Under the pieces are notes generated by a model. The model was given only the letters and a program-made list of their open reading frames with translations. It did not search any database and was not told the DNA's origin. This document shows, one piece after another, positions 56,701 through 64,000 of a DNA stretch of 64,000 bases. The position numbers and the translations under genes were made by a program. Position 1 is the first letter of the stretch; each line of letters opens with the position of its first letter. The DNA is from a virus (taxonomy: Duplodnaviria; Heunggongvirae; Uroviricota; Caudoviricetes): the IMG/VR virus record IMGVR_UViG_3300009614_000107. One strand, written 5' to 3'.

Positions 56701-58101
56701 TACAAGATCATTAAACTGATTGACCATAAAGTACCAGTTTAAGTTAGCAGCAGTAAATGAATCACGGTTATTTCCGTCTGGTAAAGAATCAGAGTCTTTT
56801 ATTAGAGTTGTTGCAATGTTTGGGAAATACTTAGCGTAAATTCCTGTTATTGCAACAGAACCATAGTTTACTTTTAGTGGACTAGTTGTTGTGCAAACAT
56901 AGTCAATTGATGATGTCATACCATTTGTTGTTGGCCATTCACTCCAACGAATACTTGGGTAATTAACAATTCCATCTGTTTTTATAGGTGCTGGTGTTCC
57001 CCAACCATTGTTGGTTGGTTTTGTGTTAAGCCAGACACAAAGATTTAGAGATGTTGCAGCACCATACCAGATAACATATAGAGTATTACTAGAATCAACT
57101 GCTATAGTTGGTGATAATTGTGCATTGGTTGACATTCCAGCATATGTACTTATACGAACTGGATCACTCCAACCACCACCTGTATTAGCTGAAAACCATA
57201 CTTGTTCTGCTGTAGTAAATCCAGTTGCTTTTCCATAGAAAACGACATAAATATAATTATTAGAGTCAAATGCAATAGAGCCTGGGGATTGATTGTATAA
57301 ATCCATCCCAGCATATGTACTTATGACTACAGGTGTTGACCAAGAACCAGTTGAGTACTCGGAATAGTTAATTCCCTCTGCTGATGGGTTTCCAGCCGAA
57401 ATACCAGTCCAGATGACATGAACATTATTATTACCATCAACTTCAACAGATGCTACATCTTGTGGATTTCCTACCATTCCAGCACCTGTGCTGATGTAAG
57501 CTGGTGTTTCCCAAACGCCAGCAGACAGGAATGTGAACCATATTTTATCTATGCCTGTGCCATCGTTTGCGCCATCCCAGACAAGGTAAACAATATTAGT
57601 TGAACTAACAGCAATTGATGGTCTATTCTGGTTGTTATATTCCATACCAGCATTTGTGCTTATACGAACAGGTGCTGTCCAAGCACCAGATGTGTATTCC
57701 GTGAAATATATTTGTTCGTTAGTTACCAGTGGTTCTGTTGCTAAACCAGCAAATACAACAAAGATATTATCAGAACTATCAACTGCAATGGCTGGTTGCC
57801 AATTTGTATAAAGACTCATTCCTGTTTTGGTGCTGAGTTTGTGTATATATATCCAAGTTATTCCACCATCATTACTGCTTGCAGAATAAATTTGTGGGGA
57901 TCCACCTGTTGTATAAACACTAACAAGTGTATCATTGCTTAATTTCACAATTTTTCTGCCATTAGAATATGCTGTTGCATCATTAGCTGTGACTGTATCG
58001 ATTGGGGTATCTATGGTTGCAAATACCTTTAAAACAGGAAGAACAACTTGTGCTAACATTAACACAAGAATGAGTGTGGCTAGAAACTTATGAGATAGCA
58101 A
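50722..58101 (-). CDS. giant exported multidomain protein (2459 aa): propeller-like repeats, InlB-B-repeat-like domain, Thr-rich stalks, LamG-like domain, C-terminal TM helices
   Basis: TTG start and signal peptide; repeated P.IAVDS.....VVW/F..W..P..IST; TISPSGSIPVTPGANQGFTIT; LSAWIK...WCYVAGAYDG..YLYVNG...LLDEVRI. Confidence 0.85.
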   Translation of the reverse strand: MLSHKFLATLILVLMLAQVVLPVLKVFATIDTPIDTVTANDATAYSNGRKIVKLSNDTLVSVYTTGGSPQIYSASSNDGGITWIYIHKLSTKTGMSLYTNWQPAIAVDSSDNIFVVFAGLATEPLVTNEQIYFTEYTSGAWTAPVRISTNAGMEYNNQNRPSIAVSSTNIVYLVWDGANDGTGIDKIWFTFLSAGVWETPAYISTGAGMVGNPQDVASVEVDGNNNVHVIWTGISAGNPSAEGINYSEYSTGSWSTPVVISTYAGMDLYNQSPGSIAFDSNNYIYVVFYGKATGFTTAEQVWFSANTGGGWSDPVRISTYAGMSTNAQLSPTIAVDSSNTLYVIWYGAATSLNLCVWLNTKPTNNGWGTPAPIKTDGIVNYPSIRWSEWPTTNGMTSSIDYVCTTTSPLKVNYGSVAITGIYAKYFPNIATTLIKDSDSLPDGNNRDSFTAANLNWYFMVNQFNDLVFQTRPIGDPNWSDYTILVPIAGPTPFTFDVRYDITTNKIILVYIDNINYSGCIEYRTGVPNFDGTITWDNPYQQVLSNAGINNIQAVSVCRIEVTPSNYYDVVLYDVYDSSGTGTDTITAARNTLNNGVWSGGAVYTVLATITGTTAAGHDKLTAVAEGVNTFLGIWQNPLTTRLNSEEWDNNNGWHNSQILGYNIRANAWSVGAAETDPSGKSYLTFGYKNANHVDVYADTYDSGWGSATLIDDMGVSVDFGAMPTISINGQTLEKTILYQDPFNGNLYYSSTISGVYQTPIQIGNLPTTGDFPTFLQLDEVADVYNSGFYALDYNQAGLSTVYSFMLTGGLAQGIINGGFENDLAWSAGVDYSTQYAHTGLRSGFTYSNFYSQPLNIDVNTVQGNLNFWLLRNDAGFATITVTITYNDASTQVQTFSVTDSPKTWGHYTFPDFTPGLIITQIEFNGNNNNPVWVDDVSLFYIQSITTYDIEASVGSGSGTISPSGSIPVTPGANQGFTITASPGYSISDVVVDGVSVGVVSSYLFTNVNEAHTIVASFTSQGFTATASISNMDDTSNCYATKRYYNFIVTVHDPTGINSVTDIYLRGVLSGSTQFEIRGTNLNTAPTFTIFTGTTLITLNGPQCSWGKNGDTGTLTLAIRFEWLYPQAMGNDISVKVISTGSGTLGFLTLQSNYFNVITRIITSNFVGNCTYVPVNFPVRLTGYVKYALTTSSNLPSTLSPPDSEFTAIEIEDASDVTVGSGSPKNGFFNITFNAPASVQVNTYHVFFHLAADGTVSFTTETTCYSSTSYTTTLTTTTIETTPTTLTTTTYLVTSTDIEGTTITSLDTNLVTTSTASSYSAYTINYNDMVEVDPNNRLTINSPTSISIVYHRQNHMYLYQDYGANWFTGDYTIYDTVRLDNAGAYASVYIMMCGVSNIIGGLESLTSYQGAVFRFDGGSAYTLSLNDVGGAGGTGYSISPNVYYYLTMQRTGTTLTLKIYSDSSRTVLLTTLTRTGCQTTAWEYLYGCAGQYYASSDGVLGATGGVESALGTGWQTWSTTTIETTTPTSTTCATTSVTFSVTTTTKTTTTTTITYTTSCITETTTSANACTTDVTPVTTNTETTTQLTSTTLTTTTTDSLTLSSLTTETILTSSTGLPYGAVSRDDPSGNVVVIITIDAQLSMSFDDEVGLTAKDSSTKGNNGVIALTVKRTGFGYYGRGLSFNGIGNVTVTDSPSLDITTNIYLSAWIKSNNTGVQGIITKQGCYGLELLSNHGLRMTIDAVNIDSVSNVTNKNWCYVAGAYDGSNVYLYVNGTLILTQPTIGSINTNANPVYIGASVTTSSHFSGLLDEVRILDYVPVGTQTVTIRFQPISPFPYNLVSSITDMNAGNWVFSGQSYHFLGTFVRQNSSYPLNFMAVIFSDGVSFTTLSFNRVSNTGLVTSNYANKVQVTNSTEGNDYNMDWETYVAENVQDALGVDLYMYCNTTIAGQHDGIELNQLNYFNIYNYGGLTETQTAGDGQVIPGNTVWELEAKNSTLGSYARENVTWRNFQHVNILVHIFQNTTNGYPGDDIWYCPTEHNNTGYIEYGVDYWTKGAWIEGWKVHIEVAKGDAGEHLTSPNQAWVLLDVSWYNRGVLVKTDQIYAYYEAISHTDTTTQFALHIDLWIGGEEGSSIAAGRVNAEYYGMQEGGWGPFSSWSPIKGLSDDSLFKDDLLDKNSNIIGVNDIQLFKVWAKVAKIAKGGGATNCDSHQWRLINYDSLGFQTLPAKVGANVGIDTPVYTPTVQPTMSNGFLTALMLMMTEGVMKPLLQALLSAGTTSFFAVVAIINQAFSVFGIKDFVATVQGMITAFATYFTYSVTNIIAIIQAIMSMITFIFGSIFYWFVAMINLFLYIFNFMRLLVNGGSQSVYGVSTGLGDLWVTLNVAVWIGIVPIFILIWWFDSLEDRTRRSGMGFLYVLINDIQIITWVIGYITDILFRVLNFVIDMVFRIMYALRLGAPI

Positions 58102-58178
58102 ACCTCACCCGATCCATCTAAGTCTATCTGTTATAACCTTAGAATAAAGCCTTTATCATACGATTAGCATATTTACGT

Positions 58179-61100
58179 CTAACTTTGTCTCGTTATCATC
58201 GTTTCTTTTGGTGGTAATCCACTCTTTCTGTTCTGTAATCCGAATATAAGAGCAGAGTGGAAGTTCTTTGCTTGTACAGTAACCTTCTCTTGTGCATTAG
58301 GATATTGGAATTTAACAAAGAATGTAACGGGTTCATCTTCTCTTACATCCTTTTTCTGTTCCTCTCTTTGCTGGTCTTGTAATTGCTTGATTCTGAACAT
58401 TGCTGGCTGTCCAATTCTGGCTTCAATGCGACTTAGTTGTGGATCTGTTAGTATTGTTGTTAATTTTGGTAGGACGAGTTCTATTGTGTCAACGTCTAAC
58501 TTCTCAAGGATACTTGTGATTGTTTCGGCATCTAAATCATCAATAACCTTGGGAATTAAATCTACATCTACTTTCTGAACAACATCATTGATAGTATCAA
58601 AGTCTAGTTTGTTTTTAGCTATGTTTAGAGTGTCTGCATCTACATCTACTATAAATTTGTTAAGTGTTGGTGTATCAAGATTAATTATTACTTTACTAAT
58701 AGTATCTGGACTGAGGTTTGGTACTATACGTGAAAGAGGTGTGTCGCTGAGTTTTGGAAGCATTGCATTTATTTCACCAGCAGTCATTGTTGGAACTATC
58801 AAAGATAGTGCCTTATCACTAAGTGCTGGCATATTAGCTATAACATTATCAACAGTTGGATTTACTAGAGCTGGCATAGCACGATTAATCTCAATTTGTG
58901 TCATACCAGTTGCTTTGAGAACTGCATTTAGACCATCACCAAGCGGTGTGTCTACCATTGCAATTCCAGCATAAGAAATGGCATTTAGGAATGCCTGTGT
59001 ATTCCCAGCATTTGCAACTATAAATTCTGTTTTTGTTGGACCAATAGTCATTAAAGATTGAGCGTATGTCATAGCATCTTTTTCAGACATTCCTTCGAGC
59101 ATTGCCTTCTGAGTGAATGCCTGGACTTTATCTAGCTGTTCTACTTGTGCGCCAACATACTTTGAAACTTCAGCATCTGATAATCCTTGCCCAGCTAATT
59201 CCTTAGCCATAGTTCCCGTACCAGTTGCTTTTGCAAGTGTATCTGCTGGTGCTTTGATAAGTCCCTGTTCTACAGCAGACTTTGTTGCGGAATCAACAAG
59301 TTTCTTAGCCAAATCATCAGAGACACCTTTCTTGATAAGTTCGTCTGTGAGTTTGCTTGCGTCTGCTCCTTCTGAAAGTGCCTGTACTAGACCGCTTTTA
59401 GCATCCTGTGACATTGTTCCAATTATCTTTAGTGTAGCATCTCCTTCACCTAGTGGAGGAAGTTGCTGGCCAAGTGTGAATGCTGTCTTTGTTGCAATTT
59501 TTGCATTTGCTTCGGCAATTGCTTCCTCTGGAGTTGCCCCATCTGCAACTAGTTTATCAGCAATTGATTGTGTTGCACCTAGTTCTGTTTTTGCTCTTGC
59601 AATCCAATCGCTGGCTTCACTTGGTGACATACCTTCCTTGAGCAATTGTAATGTGATTCTCTTTTCATCTATACCATTTTGTAGTCCCTGAATAAACTCT
59701 TGTGCCTTACCAGCATTAGTTCCTTCCTCTGGACTGCCACCTGAGAAAAGACTGTCAACAAATCCTTTCTCTCTGTCAACATAGTCAGAAAGATTCTTTA
59801 TCCAGTTTTTGCCTTCATCTGCTTCTAGACCAAGATTTTTCTCTAATGCCTTGATCTGTTCAGGTGTGTATTTCACACCAGCTTCTAGATCATCTGCAAT
59901 TTTTAATGCGTCTTTTTCTTCGAATGGACTACTTGTGATAAATTTGTCTACAAATGTCTTTTCTTCGTTGGCTTTGGCTAAGGCTTCGTTAATCCAATCT
60001 TCAGAAGCACCTGGACTCAAGCCTTCTTTCAGTAACTGGAGTCTAACGGTTTCTGCATCTGCTCCCTCTTTAAGTTGCTTGTAAAGATCGACAGCTTTGT
60101 CACCAGATACTGTCTGCTCTGGATATCCTACACCACTCCAAGGACCACCGACACCAAGTTCCTTATAGAAGGACTTGTTGATTGAATCAACTTCCTTCAG
60201 GACATCTTCTGGTGACATATTAGCTACGTCTAGTCCTCTGGAAACCAATTCATCTAGGGTGTCCTTGCCAAAAGCGTCTACAATTGCGCCTGTGAATTTA
60301 TCTGAAGATACAGCCTTGCCCTTCATTAATTCCTCAAAGGCATCTCCATAGTTACGAACTGCTGGTTCTGCTACACCATCACCCTCAAGCAATCCGTAAA
60401 GGTACTGATCTCCTGCAATTTTTGGGTTTTCTTCCGCTAGGAACTTAGCGATATCATTTGGAATCTCCTTTGATGTAAGTCCAAATTGGACTGTCTTGGT
60501 AATTGCTGTTCCTTCTGCACTACCACCTAGCTGTCCTACACCAAAGGTTGCACTCTTTGGAGAGTCGAGTGGAGTACGTGCAATTCCAGCAGCCTCATCT
60601 GTTGAAATACCACTTTTTACTAAGTTATCAAATGTTGTCTTGGCTACTGAACGTTCTATATTTGCTTGTTTTATAAGCTGTGATGCTTCATCTTTTGTGA
60701 ATCCTCTGTCGATTAAATCCTTTGTTGCAGCCTTCTCATCTATGCCTTTATTTAGATATTCAACTGTGTCTTGTGTGAATGAACCAGACTCTGTAGCTGT
60801 TTCTGCTCTAATTCTTGCACCTGATGCTGATGAGGCTGGTCTTAATAGTGACATACCTGACTCGATACCAGCAGTTGCACCAAGTAGGTTGCCTATATCG
60901 TGGGCAGCACTATTGATAATATCCTCTGGCTTTGTACCCTGTTGCATTTCCTTGTAAACTGTCCCTGCCTCATAACCAGCCATTGAACCCCAGAGCAGTG
61001 CTTGTGCAGCTTTTGGATTGGCTTGGATGAAACTTGATATTGTGGATATTAGTTTAGGTGTGGCTACTTCAATTCCTTTGTCTGCTAAACTCTTAGCAAC

Positions 61101-62354
61101 ACTTCCTGCTAAGTTTGAAGCACCCTGTAGAGTAACACCAACAGGAAGGAAAGCCAGATAACTACCAGCAAATGTAGCTGCCCCACCACCAATGCCAAGC
61201 GCAGCTTTCTGACCAGGAGATAAGTCTTGGAAGTACTGTAGATTTTGTGTGTCGATATCTCTAAGGTGCTCTAATGGCTGTTCACCTGGAATTACAGATG
61301 CCACGAGTCTATATGGAGCAAGTAGAGCCTTTGTGAAATCACCTACGATTGCACCGTAATATTGTGATTCTTTTCCTAAGAATGAGGTTGGTTCGAAGTG
61401 CTCCTTGCCATATTCATAGATCATCTTACCCAGACCTTCCTGCTCGTCAGGAATGTTGAAACCAACACTTTTTAGAGATGCAACCTGAGCATCTGTTAGC
61501 TGGTCAACTGGTCTTGTCAGTGAATATGTCTGTTTTCCTGAAGAATCTGTTGAGGAAGTTAAAAGTCCCTGGTATTTGAGACTATCAAGTTGGGCTATCT
61601 TATTATATTGTGCTAATTCATCTTTTGAAAGCCCAGTAAATTCACGTTCCTGAGCTCTGGTTTCCGATCCTGAAAGATCTGGATTGACTGGACTGATAAC
61701 GTATTCTGGTGCATTTGTTATGCTCTGTAAGGCAAATCCAGCACTTGTGTATTGCTGTATTCCACTTTTTGCAGAGGCAACATATGCACTGTAATCCTTA
61801 TCTGTTTGGGCTTTCTGTGCGTCAAGTTTTTGTAGTTCAGTTTGTGCTTTCTGAACATTGGCTTGATATCCAGAAAATCCACCTGGATATTTTGACCAAT
61901 CATATTTAGTCTGATTCTTTATGACATCGTTGCTGGTATTAAGGAATGTAACTAGGCTTGTTTTTGTGTTGTTATAGTTCTCGGTGAATTTCTGATAATT
62001 TTGTGTTGTTTTGTCTAAATCTGATTGTATTTGGCTTGCATCTGTTTTGTAAAGTGTGGTCTTTAGTCCAGCCTGATATTTAACATCAGTTGCTTGTTTA
62101 GCCTGTGCCTTTTCCTCTGCAATGTGCAAATCTACAGGTGGAGCAGGAGTTGCAGGAACTTCTGCTGCTTTTTGTGTTCTTAACTGTTCCACTGGAATTT
62201 CTGTAACAGTTTTTGGGGAAGATATGATAGTAGATATTGGTTTATTTGTTAGTTCAGCCTCACGCAGAGCCTCAACATTAATTTCTCCTGCTGGAATTAT
62301 TGGAGTAGTTTCACCTATTTTTGCCCCTCTAGCTGCCTGTTGTGCCTCTGACAT
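58179..62354 (-). CDS. large helical-repeat protein (1391 aa), putative virion-internal or tape-measure-like
   Basis: Repeated L..G.S.EEA helix pairs, 12-aa LD.DTI..V..K repeats, central hydrophobic Gly/Ala segment. Confidence 0.65.
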   Translation of the reverse strand: MSEAQQAARGAKIGETTPIIPAGEINVEALREAELTNKPISTIISSPKTVTEIPVEQLRTQKAAEVPATPAPPVDLHIAEEKAQAKQATDVKYQAGLKTTLYKTDASQIQSDLDKTTQNYQKFTENYNNTKTSLVTFLNTSNDVIKNQTKYDWSKYPGGFSGYQANVQKAQTELQKLDAQKAQTDKDYSAYVASAKSGIQQYTSAGFALQSITNAPEYVISPVNPDLSGSETRAQEREFTGLSKDELAQYNKIAQLDSLKYQGLLTSSTDSSGKQTYSLTRPVDQLTDAQVASLKSVGFNIPDEQEGLGKMIYEYGKEHFEPTSFLGKESQYYGAIVGDFTKALLAPYRLVASVIPGEQPLEHLRDIDTQNLQYFQDLSPGQKAALGIGGGAATFAGSYLAFLPVGVTLQGASNLAGSVAKSLADKGIEVATPKLISTISSFIQANPKAAQALLWGSMAGYEAGTVYKEMQQGTKPEDIINSAAHDIGNLLGATAGIESGMSLLRPASSASGARIRAETATESGSFTQDTVEYLNKGIDEKAATKDLIDRGFTKDEASQLIKQANIERSVAKTTFDNLVKSGISTDEAAGIARTPLDSPKSATFGVGQLGGSAEGTAITKTVQFGLTSKEIPNDIAKFLAEENPKIAGDQYLYGLLEGDGVAEPAVRNYGDAFEELMKGKAVSSDKFTGAIVDAFGKDTLDELVSRGLDVANMSPEDVLKEVDSINKSFYKELGVGGPWSGVGYPEQTVSGDKAVDLYKQLKEGADAETVRLQLLKEGLSPGASEDWINEALAKANEEKTFVDKFITSSPFEEKDALKIADDLEAGVKYTPEQIKALEKNLGLEADEGKNWIKNLSDYVDREKGFVDSLFSGGSPEEGTNAGKAQEFIQGLQNGIDEKRITLQLLKEGMSPSEASDWIARAKTELGATQSIADKLVADGATPEEAIAEANAKIATKTAFTLGQQLPPLGEGDATLKIIGTMSQDAKSGLVQALSEGADASKLTDELIKKGVSDDLAKKLVDSATKSAVEQGLIKAPADTLAKATGTGTMAKELAGQGLSDAEVSKYVGAQVEQLDKVQAFTQKAMLEGMSEKDAMTYAQSLMTIGPTKTEFIVANAGNTQAFLNAISYAGIAMVDTPLGDGLNAVLKATGMTQIEINRAMPALVNPTVDNVIANMPALSDKALSLIVPTMTAGEINAMLPKLSDTPLSRIVPNLSPDTISKVIINLDTPTLNKFIVDVDADTLNIAKNKLDFDTINDVVQKVDVDLIPKVIDDLDAETITSILEKLDVDTIELVLPKLTTILTDPQLSRIEARIGQPAMFRIKQLQDQQREEQKKDVREDEPVTFFVKFQYPNAQEKVTVQAKNFHSALIFGLQNRKSGLPPKETMITRQS

Positions 62355-63025
62355 TAACTAACCTCCTCAATGCTTATTACTTTACTACCATCTGGATTGA
62401 CACTCTTCAGAGCTAGTCTTATATTCTTTGCCATAATGTACTTTGGATCCCCGTTATCAATAATGATTTTAAATCTCCTGTCTTTGATAACCTCTTCATT
62501 TTTGTTGGCTATATCAATAACCATATCGTGAATTCTTTGGCTTTTGATACCGTTTGCAATATCTTCAAGTCTGTCTGGTGGGATTGCTCTCACTATTCCA
62601 CGAATGTCTGGACCATATGAGATTATATCCATAGCCTTTGATATTTCTAAGTTGTCGAGTTCTTGAACAACAACGTCTAGAACTCTCTGGGATACCTTTG
62701 TTATCTTTCTAGCAAGCATATCCCCAGTTGGCTCATTTAAAATTTCAACAGAAAGATTGATTTCTCCAGGGGTGAACCCTCTACCAGCTAAGTCACTTCT
62801 AACTTCCTCTTCTGTTTCATCAGGTTTGACTACATCCTCAACAACTGGTGGGTGTTCTTCTGTATCTTCGTTAGTTGGATTGCTTTTTTCTGTTGATTTC
62901 ACTGGCCCACCATAGGCAACTCTAGAGTCCTGTATTGGCTGGTTTGGAATAGGAAGAGGAAAGGTTGTGCCTGTGTGGTTCTTTGTAAGGTTGTCTGGAC
63001 CGCTTGGTGTGGAAGTAATGCTCAT
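62354..63025 (-). CDS. hypothetical protein with C-terminal shared module
   Basis: 223 aa; ends FKIIIDNG...IMAKNIRLALKS. Confidence 0.6.
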   Translation of the reverse strand: MSITSTPSGPDNLTKNHTGTTFPLPIPNQPIQDSRVAYGGPVKSTEKSNPTNEDTEEHPPVVEDVVKPDETEEEVRSDLAGRGFTPGEINLSVEILNEPTGDMLARKITKVSQRVLDVVVQELDNLEISKAMDIISYGPDIRGIVRAIPPDRLEDIANGIKSQRIHDMVIDIANKNEEVIKDRRFKIIIDNGDPKYIMAKNIRLALKSVNPDGSKVISIEEVS

Positions 63026-63345
63026 TGACTTAGACTCCTCAATGTAACCGATCTAACAGCATTTGTGTTCTTTCTCTCTGTAAAACTCTTGTCTAGGGCA
63101 TCTATGAAGGTCTTGGCATCTACATTAAGGTTCTCGGAGTCCTTCCCATCGTAGACTATCATAACATCGTAGCCTGTCCCATCTGGGGCTAGATAGTTAT
63201 TGATTCCAAGTTTGATTACTTTTGTCTTTGGTGGAGCACCGTGACCTCTAACATACTGTCTGACTGGTCTATTCTCCCTTACGTGTTTGTGAACTACGTG
63301 TTTTACAGGAGATTTTCTGTGCTTTGGAGGTGCAGGAAGGGACAT
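63022..63345 (-). CDS. HxVxxHxR-tag plus shared-module protein
   Basis: KHVVHKHVRENRPVRQYVRGHG; YDVMIVY...VDAKTFIDALDKSFTER. Confidence 0.65.
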   Translation of the reverse strand: MSLPAPPKHRKSPVKHVVHKHVRENRPVRQYVRGHGAPPKTKVIKLGINNYLAPDGTGYDVMIVYDGKDSENLNVDAKTFIDALDKSFTERKNTNAVRSVTLRSLSQ

Positions 63346-63419
63346 CTATACTCCTCTCTAGGAGTAGTGTGGGAGCTGAGAATAAAAAGATTATGATAAA
63401 TAAAAGGGGATTAAGTTAT

Positions 63420-63932
63420 CTAAGATACATTTGCTTGTACTATTATTTTATAAACACCATCATTAACAAAAGAGGCGTGTAGTAGTATTGGACAGTAGTT
63501 GTTTACATCTACAGTTACACCAAGTATCAGAGTATATGTGTTACTTCCACTATCATATGTAGCATCATACCATTGCTTTCCATTATTAAGTGAATATTGG
63601 AAAGCAACTACATCTGTTGTGCTATTAACATCTGGATTAGTATTTTTGGTAATCTGTGCGGTTAGTGATGTGACTGATTTTACATATCTTTGACCAGGAT
63701 ATGTGTTTGGATTAGTTAGTGAAACATTCCAGTGGAAAAGCTGATCATCTGTGTATATTGCCTTTGCAACTGTAAAATCTGGTGAAGAAACTACAAGATC
63801 AAGATTTGGTCGAGTAGTGACATTTAAGTTTGGAGATGTCCAAGCTGCCGTCAAAAGAGCATTAATACCCATTGTTGAAATAGCAATCGTTGCTATTAAA
63901 ACTAAACCAATTGTTCCTAACTTACTTACCAT
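63420..63932 (-). CDS. exported beta-rich protein
   Basis: 170 aa with N-terminal hydrophobic signal. Confidence 0.6.
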   Translation of the reverse strand: MVSKLGTIGLVLIATIAISTMGINALLTAAWTSPNLNVTTRPNLDLVVSSPDFTVAKAIYTDDQLFHWNVSLTNPNTYPGQRYVKSVTSLTAQITKNTNPDVNSTTDVVAFQYSLNNGKQWYDATYDSGSNTYTLILGVTVDVNNYCPILLHASFVNDGVYKIIVQANVS

Positions 63933-64000
63933 TTCATTCTCACCTTGTTCATTGCGTGATATATCAAGGGAGAGTGCGTATTTATAAATATTTGGATTAC

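Noticed and set aside
1-64000. Assignment as a Borg
   Set aside because: One-strand coding fits, but I saw no perfect tandem nucleotide repeat arrays or Borg marker genes; the repeats here are degenerate

Overview
This low-GC 64-kb window is almost entirely coded on the minus strand and looks like part of a large archaeal virus or extrachromosomal element. Archaeal signs are TATA boxes before most units, GGTGA ribosome-binding sites, tRNA introns with bulge-helix-bulge (BHB) motifs, A1-U72 tRNA-Gln and C1-G72 tRNA-Tyr. I recognised no capsid, terminase or replicative polymerase gene, so 'virus' is an inference. The flanks (about 0-14 kb and 50-64 kb) encode surface or virion-like proteins: two giant Thr-rich exported proteins, small basic proteins sharing an N-terminal H-x-V-x-x-H-x-R motif, and what looks like a complete lipid-linked protein O-glycosylation pathway. 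The middle (14-50 kb) holds many small genes plus an RNA toolkit: 18 tRNAs (3 with introns, several with non-canonical but co-varying bases), a class II CCA-adding enzyme, two ATP-dependent RNA ligases, HD and PHP phosphoesterases, and a Ro60/TROVE protein. The standout is a family of six separately promoted Y-RNA-like RNAs next to the Ro60 gene (28.2-31.2 kb). They share a stem and internal-loop motif, and range from circularly permuted tRNA mimics to minimal hairpins; one sits in the ro60 leader. The same island contains two sequence-unrelated RNAs with the same pseudoknot topology and a 5-nt-periodic non-coding tract. All calls were made by eye from the sequence and ORF track; no database search or folding program was run.
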